Positions 59,571-64,000 of a DNA stretch of 64,000 nucleotides are shown one piece after another. The stretch is from Verrucomicrobiia bacterium (GTDB lineage Bacteria; Verrucomicrobiota; Verrucomicrobiia; Verrucomicrobiales; Akkermansiaceae), in the NCBI GenBank assembly GCA_947462875.1, contig CANHQJ010000012.1, positions 48,118-112,117 on the forward strand. Reading direction: 5' to 3'. Each line of letters opens with the position of its first letter. The stretch's first letter is position 1. A model generated the notes under the pieces. The model ran no database searches. It saw only the letters and a program-made list of their open reading frames with translations, and was not told the origin of the DNA. A program made the position numbers and the translations under genes.

Positions 59571-59815
59571 GCGTTTGGGTCGAAAGGACGGGTTCACCGC
59601 ACGAAAGCTCACGTAAGACTGAAACGGTCTCGCTCGCTTGATTCGCCACGGATGACTGCGTTCAACTTCCTGCGCAGTACCTATCATTTGGATAGGGAGG
59701 TGGTTTACGGAGTTTATCCCTCATAGTTGCATGGGATGTCTTGCCATTCGTAGCTTGCGCAGAAAGCGAAGAATGGCGGAGAGGGTGGGATTGCCGCTGG
59801 CCATGCCAGTATGCG

Positions 59816-59868
59816 CTGCGCGGTTTTTTTCAAATTTCGCTACAAGCGAAGGACGCGTTCAAACCCAT
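59816..59868. repeat. Copy B of the ~53-bp dispersed direct repeat
   Basis: CTGCGCGGTTTTTTTCAAATTTCGCTACAAGCGAAGGACGCGTTCAAACCCAT. Conserved blocks are TTTTTTTCAAAT, the inverted repeat TCGC..GCGAAGGA, and GTTCAAACCCAT. Confidence 0.7.
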
Positions 59869-60591
59869 GGCCCTTTGGGCAGGGTTCTCGTCCCCCTGAA
59901 ACGCCAACACCCCAACCCAGACGAGCTGGGCTGGGGTGTTGGCGGATCGGTGAGGCGGTGGGTTGATAGTTCTTTTTTCTTTGTATTCATGTGCATTGGT
60001 GCGTTAGTTGTTTTGTATAGGGACGAAAGGCGAATAGCCATTGACCGTCATTTTGTGTGAAATCCGTGTGCAATCGAATGGATTCTGTCGCGAATTTGGC
60101 AGGACTGAAATCGCAACAGAACCGCTCCCGAACTGGATTTCCTGTTACTTGGTCGGTCTATTCGCTCTTCATTCATGCATTACCGATCTGCCAGATTGGT
60201 GAGTTGGATCAAGGTCTTTTTTCGTCGATCGCACTCACGCATTTCCCTTCTCATGCATACTTCAGCTACTTTCATCCCCGTATCGGTTTCTTTGAGGATC
60301 GCCACAATTTGGCTCTCTGTGTATTGACTCTTTTTCATCGTTTCGTTTGCTTTCTAGACACCAAAACCTCTCATTTCAATCTGTTTCGCCTGCGGGGACT
60401 CTTACAGTTCCCGGCTGATCACTAGTATTGCTAAATCGGATTAAGGCAAATCAACTTCTTGACAACTTAACAAGTACAGAATGAAGTCGCTCCTCCCTAT
60501 GACATCATAACTTAACTTGGTGAAATTCGGTCAAACTATTGGGTCCCGTTCAATTTAAGCAAAAAAGCAAATTTCTATAAAAATATCTCAG

Positions 60592-63129
60592 ATGAAACAC
60601 AAATCTCTTCTCGCACTGTCCTTGCAAGTCGTCCTGAATGCGAGTCCTGCGCTAGCGGGCACATACACTGTATCTACGGTTGCTGACAATTACTCGACTC
60701 CGGTGGCCGGAAGCTTGCGGGATGCCATCAATCAGGCAAACGCCGATCCCTCAGTAGCCACCATCGTCTTCAACATCCCCGGCGGCGGGACCATCAACCT
60801 CGCAGCCAACGCGGGTGGCGACCGAATGTTGCCCATCTTCACCAACCCCAACGGCATCAGTATTGACGGCTCCAATGGCGGGCAGGGCGCGATCACCATT
60901 GACGGCGGTTCGACCTCGGCCAGTACTGGCGACCGCCTCTTCTTCATTGGCGTCCAGGCGAACACACCGGGGGCAGCGGGCGGAAATCAGCCCAGCACCG
61001 CAGCGACCAGCTTTAGCGTCGCCAACCTCACATTGCAAAATGGCAATGCCCGAGGTGGCGCAGGCGGTGGCAGCGGCACCAGCAATGGGGGCGGAGGGGC
61101 CGGGCTAGGCGGGGCGATCTTTCTCAACGCCGGCAACCTCACTCTCAGCGGCGTCACCTTCAGTAATAACATCGCGGTCGGCGGCGCGGGATCCGTAACT
61201 GGTTCTACTACTCGGTCTGGCGGCGGTGGTGGAATGGGAGGCAATGGGGCCGCCGCAGCCGCAAATATGAACGGCGGTGGTGGGGGGCTTGGTCTCGCCG
61301 CATCCGGAGGTGGTAATGGTCAAGCCGGTAGAGGCGGTAATTTCATTGGTGCCGCTGCTGGCGGGTTCGGCGGCTTCGGTTCATCCGCAGGCGGTGCCGG
61401 CGGTGCCAGCGGTGGCGGTGGTGGCGGCGGCGTTAGCGGTGCCGGAGGGAGTGCTGGTGGTGGTGGCGGCGTTGCTGGCGGCAATGGCGGCAATGGCGGC
61501 GGCAACGGTGGTGTGGGCGGTTTCGGCGGCGGTGGCGGCGGTGGTGGCGACGGCGGCGCGGGCGGTTTCGGCGGCGGCGGTGGCGGCGGTTTTGGCGAAG
61601 GCGGCGCGGGCGGTTTCGGCGGCGGCGGCGGCGGCGGTGCGAGCGGCGGCGCAGGTGGTTTCGGCGGCGGTGCCAGAAACGGAGCCCAAGGCGGCGGCGG
61701 GCTGGCGGCAGGCGGGGCGATTTTTGTCCGCCAAGGTGGCACGGTCACGATCACGGATGGTGGAATCTCTGGAAACAACGTTATTGCAGGGACCGGAGGT
61801 GCAGCCAGCGCCATCGGCCAAGCCCTCTTCTTGGCAGGCAGTGCGACTTATCATGTCAGCACGAATAACACTGTGACCATCACCAATACTCTCGGCGGCG
61901 GAGACAACGCCCTGATCACCGGCGGCTTTACCAAGACAGGCTCCGGCACGCTGGTGCTTTCCGGTAGCAATAGTTACACGGGCGGTACTATCGTCAGCGA
62001 CGGCACGTTCGTAGCCAATAATTCCAGTGGCAGCGCCACCGGGACAGGCACTGTCACCGTCAACAGCGGCGGCACGCTCGGGGGCACGGGCACGATCAGC
62101 GGTGCCATTGCCGTCAACAGCGGAGCGACCCTAGCTCCCGGCGCTAGCCCCGGCACTCTCAACTCCGGGGCTGTGAGCTTTTCCAGCGGCTCGACCTTCA
62201 GCGTCGAAATCACCGGCGCGACGGTGGGTAGCCAATACGACCAGCTCAACGTCACGGGCACCGTCGAGCTCAACAATGCAACGCTCTCCCTCAGCGGGGC
62301 TTACGTACCCGCCAGCGGCGACAGCTTCGTCATCATCAATAACGATGGCAGCGATGCCATCACCAGCACCTTCAACGGCCTGCCCGAAGGCAGCATTGTC
62401 ACGATCAACGGCGTGAATAGAAAACTCACCTACATCGGCGGTACCGGTAACGACGTTGTTTTGTTGTCCTCACCTGAAATCGGTGTGCAACAACCCGTCG
62501 GCACGGACCTCGTGAATGGGACAAGCAGCATTGATTTTGGCACGGTGAGTGTTAGCAGCAGCGTGGTCAAGACTTTCACCATCACGAACAGTGGCACCGC
62601 CAATTTGACCAATCTGGTCATCACCAATAACGGGACGAATTCCGGCGACTTCATCGTGGGTGCTTTGGGTAGCACGACGGTGAATCCGGGCAGCAATACG
62701 ACGTTCACCGTGACCTTCACGCCGACGGGAGTCGTCAACCGGAGCGCGGCGATCAGCATCACTAGCAATATGACCGGAGCGAACAATCCATTCACCGTTA
62801 ACCTAAGTGGACAAGGGTATTACACCCAGGCGCAGTTTGACGCGAATCGGGCGGCAGGCATCAGTGATGTGACGAGCAATCCAAATGCTTACGATCTCTA
62901 CACTACCTCCCAAATCCAAGCACTAAACGTAGGCACACCCTTGATTCAACGGAACTCAACAACAGGCTTGTTTACACTAACCATAGCCGTGCAGAAATCC
63001 ACGAATCTCGTGGACTTCATTCACTTGCCGATGACCGCACCGCAGACGACTATCAATGCAGAGGGCAAGCTTGAGTTTCGATTCGGCTCGCCAGACAACG
63101 CTGCGTTCTTCCGCTTGGAATCGAAATGA
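60592..63129 (+). CDS. Giant secreted adhesin-like protein with Gly-repeat region, autotransporter-associated beta-strand repeats and an ASH/DUF1573-like beta-sandwich
   Basis: Signal peptide MKHKSLLALSLQVVLNASPALA. A ~150-aa tract is almost pure Gly (GGFGGGGGGG periodic). ITGGFTKTGSGTLVLSGSNSYTGGTIVSDGTFVANNSSGSATGTGTVTVNSGGTLGGTGTISGAIAVNSGATLAPG is the autotransporter-associated beta-strand repeat. FGTVSVSSSVVKTFTITNSGTANL...FTVTFTPTGVVNRSAAISITSN looks ASH/choice-of-anchor-like. Confidence 0.65.
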   Translation: MKHKSLLALSLQVVLNASPALAGTYTVSTVADNYSTPVAGSLRDAINQANADPSVATIVFNIPGGGTINLAANAGGDRMLPIFTNPNGISIDGSNGGQGAITIDGGSTSASTGDRLFFIGVQANTPGAAGGNQPSTAATSFSVANLTLQNGNARGGAGGGSGTSNGGGGAGLGGAIFLNAGNLTLSGVTFSNNIAVGGAGSVTGSTTRSGGGGGMGGNGAAAAANMNGGGGGLGLAASGGGNGQAGRGGNFIGAAAGGFGGFGSSAGGAGGASGGGGGGGVSGAGGSAGGGGGVAGGNGGNGGGNGGVGGFGGGGGGGGDGGAGGFGGGGGGGFGEGGAGGFGGGGGGGASGGAGGFGGGARNGAQGGGGLAAGGAIFVRQGGTVTITDGGISGNNVIAGTGGAASAIGQALFLAGSATYHVSTNNTVTITNTLGGGDNALITGGFTKTGSGTLVLSGSNSYTGGTIVSDGTFVANNSSGSATGTGTVTVNSGGTLGGTGTISGAIAVNSGATLAPGASPGTLNSGAVSFSSGSTFSVEITGATVGSQYDQLNVTGTVELNNATLSLSGAYVPASGDSFVIINNDGSDAITSTFNGLPEGSIVTINGVNRKLTYIGGTGNDVVLLSSPEIGVQQPVGTDLVNGTSSIDFGTVSVSSSVVKTFTITNSGTANLTNLVITNNGTNSGDFIVGALGSTTVNPGSNTTFTVTFTPTGVVNRSAAISITSNMTGANNPFTVNLSGQGYYTQAQFDANRAAGISDVTSNPNAYDLYTTSQIQALNVGTPLIQRNSTTGLFTLTIAVQKSTNLVDFIHLPMTAPQTTINAEGKLEFRFGSPDNAAFFRLESK
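61540..61690 (+). repeat. In-frame ~39-nt tandem repeat (GGC-rich) encoding GGAGGFGGGGGGG units inside the adhesin-like CDS
   Basis: Near-identical units ggcggcgcgggcggtttcggcggcggtggcggcggt recur four times, within a longer GGC/GGT-rich tract (about 61290-61700). Confidence 0.6.
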
Positions 63130-63869
63130 TGATGGGAAGGTTTTCGTTAATCGAGCACAAGTCATTTCGGACGGTTTCATTTCCAACCTCGTCTTCGTGA
63201 GCGAAGACGAGGAATTTGTTGGGACGAGAGGCCGTGACTCTCCACGTAAAGCATTGGTTCCCCGCCGTTCAAGCTTTCCCTGAGACACAGTCCATTTTTA
63301 CGAGCGCCAACGGATGCGATGAGCGCGGTTGATGGGCAAGGCTATGGTGCGCTTTCGAGTAAGGGGAATGTCATGCTTTCGTAATCAACACGACCGAACC
63401 GAGAATCCCAATTGAAAATGCAGAGTTCCCGGCTGGTCGAATAGAGCGCCACGGTCGATGCGGTGATGAGTCTCCACTCTTCTTTAGCAGCGTCATAGTA
63501 GCTGAATTTGATGGGCAGACTGACTGTTTTTGCCGAACCCAGCGGATTGTGAATGTTCACTTGTCCGGGACCCACTCCAATTTTGGCACTTCCGAGTTCG
63601 ATGCCGATTTTCAGGGTCGTCATATTTAAAAACATGGTATCACCGCCTTTGAGTGCCGCGAGATCCTGTACTTTGCTTTAAAAAGCAGACCGTTCGGGTT
63701 CTTGGCGATGGGCATGAGAATGACCATGGCATCGGATACGGATTCGGGAACCGTCGCTTGTGCCAGTGTGATTTCCATCAGGCAGGTTGTGCGCTAAGGC
63801 GACTTTATTGGAATAGTGATTGCGGTCTGCTGCGGGTGTCGCGCATCGGTGGGAAGCGGTGAAAGTATC

Positions 63870-63932
63870 TGCTTACACTTTGCTTACACTAAATCGGCAC
63901 TTTTCAGGGTATTTTGGCGCACATTAGTGCGC
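63870..63932. promoter_or_regulatory. Candidate operator region: 10-bp direct repeat at 11-bp spacing plus a perfect 16-bp palindrome
   Basis: TGCTTACACT-t-TGCTTACACT at 63870-63890 (helical-turn spacing typical of response-regulator sites). GCGCAC-ATTA-GTGCGC at 63917-63932. The downstream target lies beyond the window. Confidence 0.35.
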
Positions 63933-64000
63933 TTTGGATTTTCACAGTGTTTTCGTTGAGATCGCCGCAATCCTTTAATTATCAAGGGTTTTATGGCGGA

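Noticed and set aside
59731-60425. Two plus-strand ORFs (109 and 122 aa) in the low-GC leader
   Set aside because: Non-protein-like composition, no motifs, and they sit in an AT-rich region that is more likely regulatory or non-coding. Kept only as part of the leader finding.
61290-61700. Periodic GGC-rich repeats considered as a possible CRISPR-like array
   Set aside because: The repeats are in-frame within a long ORF with signal peptide and downstream domains, there are no unique spacers, and the repeat unit is pure coding low-complexity. No CRISPR array, tRNA or rRNA was found anywhere in the window.
61320-61854. Pro/Ala-rich minus-strand ORFs (164 aa, 157 aa) opposite the Gly-repeat region
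   Set aside because: GGC-repeat DNA reads as GCC/CCG (Ala/Pro) on the other strand. This is an artefact of the tandem repeat.

Overview
This is a high-GC (~60%) bacterial chromosomal segment. A PEP-CTERM protein, many proteins with prepilin-like N-termini, an autotransporter-associated beta-strand-repeat protein and dense sulfatase/CAZyme content point to Verrucomicrobia (inference). Gene calls rest on motif recognition by eye; I could run no searches. Coding density is high and most long antisense ORFs in the six-frame track are GC-driven artefacts. The window contains: (i) a long co-directional minus-strand polysaccharide-utilisation-like array at 1-13857 (DUF5060/DUF4038 GH140-like enzyme, SASA acetylesterase, GH95 fucosidase, unknown secreted protein, galactose mutarotase, small secreted protein, giant prepilin-N-terminus protein, FAD oxidoreductase) with a divergent XylR/AraC-type regulator; (ii) a GH43-SASA fusion plus sulfatase; (iii) LemA-M48 peptidase, RlpA, a PEP-CTERM protein, ffh, an orphan LutA-like Fe-S protein and a TIGR02206-like membrane protein; (iv) a 1148-aa secreted esterase/LamG protein; (v) DUF1801, then a patatin / alpha-beta-hydrolase / M14-like three-gene operon; (vi) DUF3108, an expanded TatC, and a PQQ sugar dehydrogenase-cytochrome c fusion; (vii) a tightly coupled flotillin / 1767-aa single-AAA+ (MoxR/AAA_5-type) giant ATPase / coiled-coil protein operon, the best candidate for an undescribed system; (viii) an SDR, two more sulfatases, a BNR/F5-8/LamG protein, and a split SASA esterase; (ix) an OmpR-type two-component system plus a small EF-hand protein, flanked by an ~53-bp direct repeat; (x) a low-GC 1-kb leader and a Gly-repeat adhesin-like giant protein. 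I recognised no rRNA, tRNA, CRISPR array, integrase or transposase.
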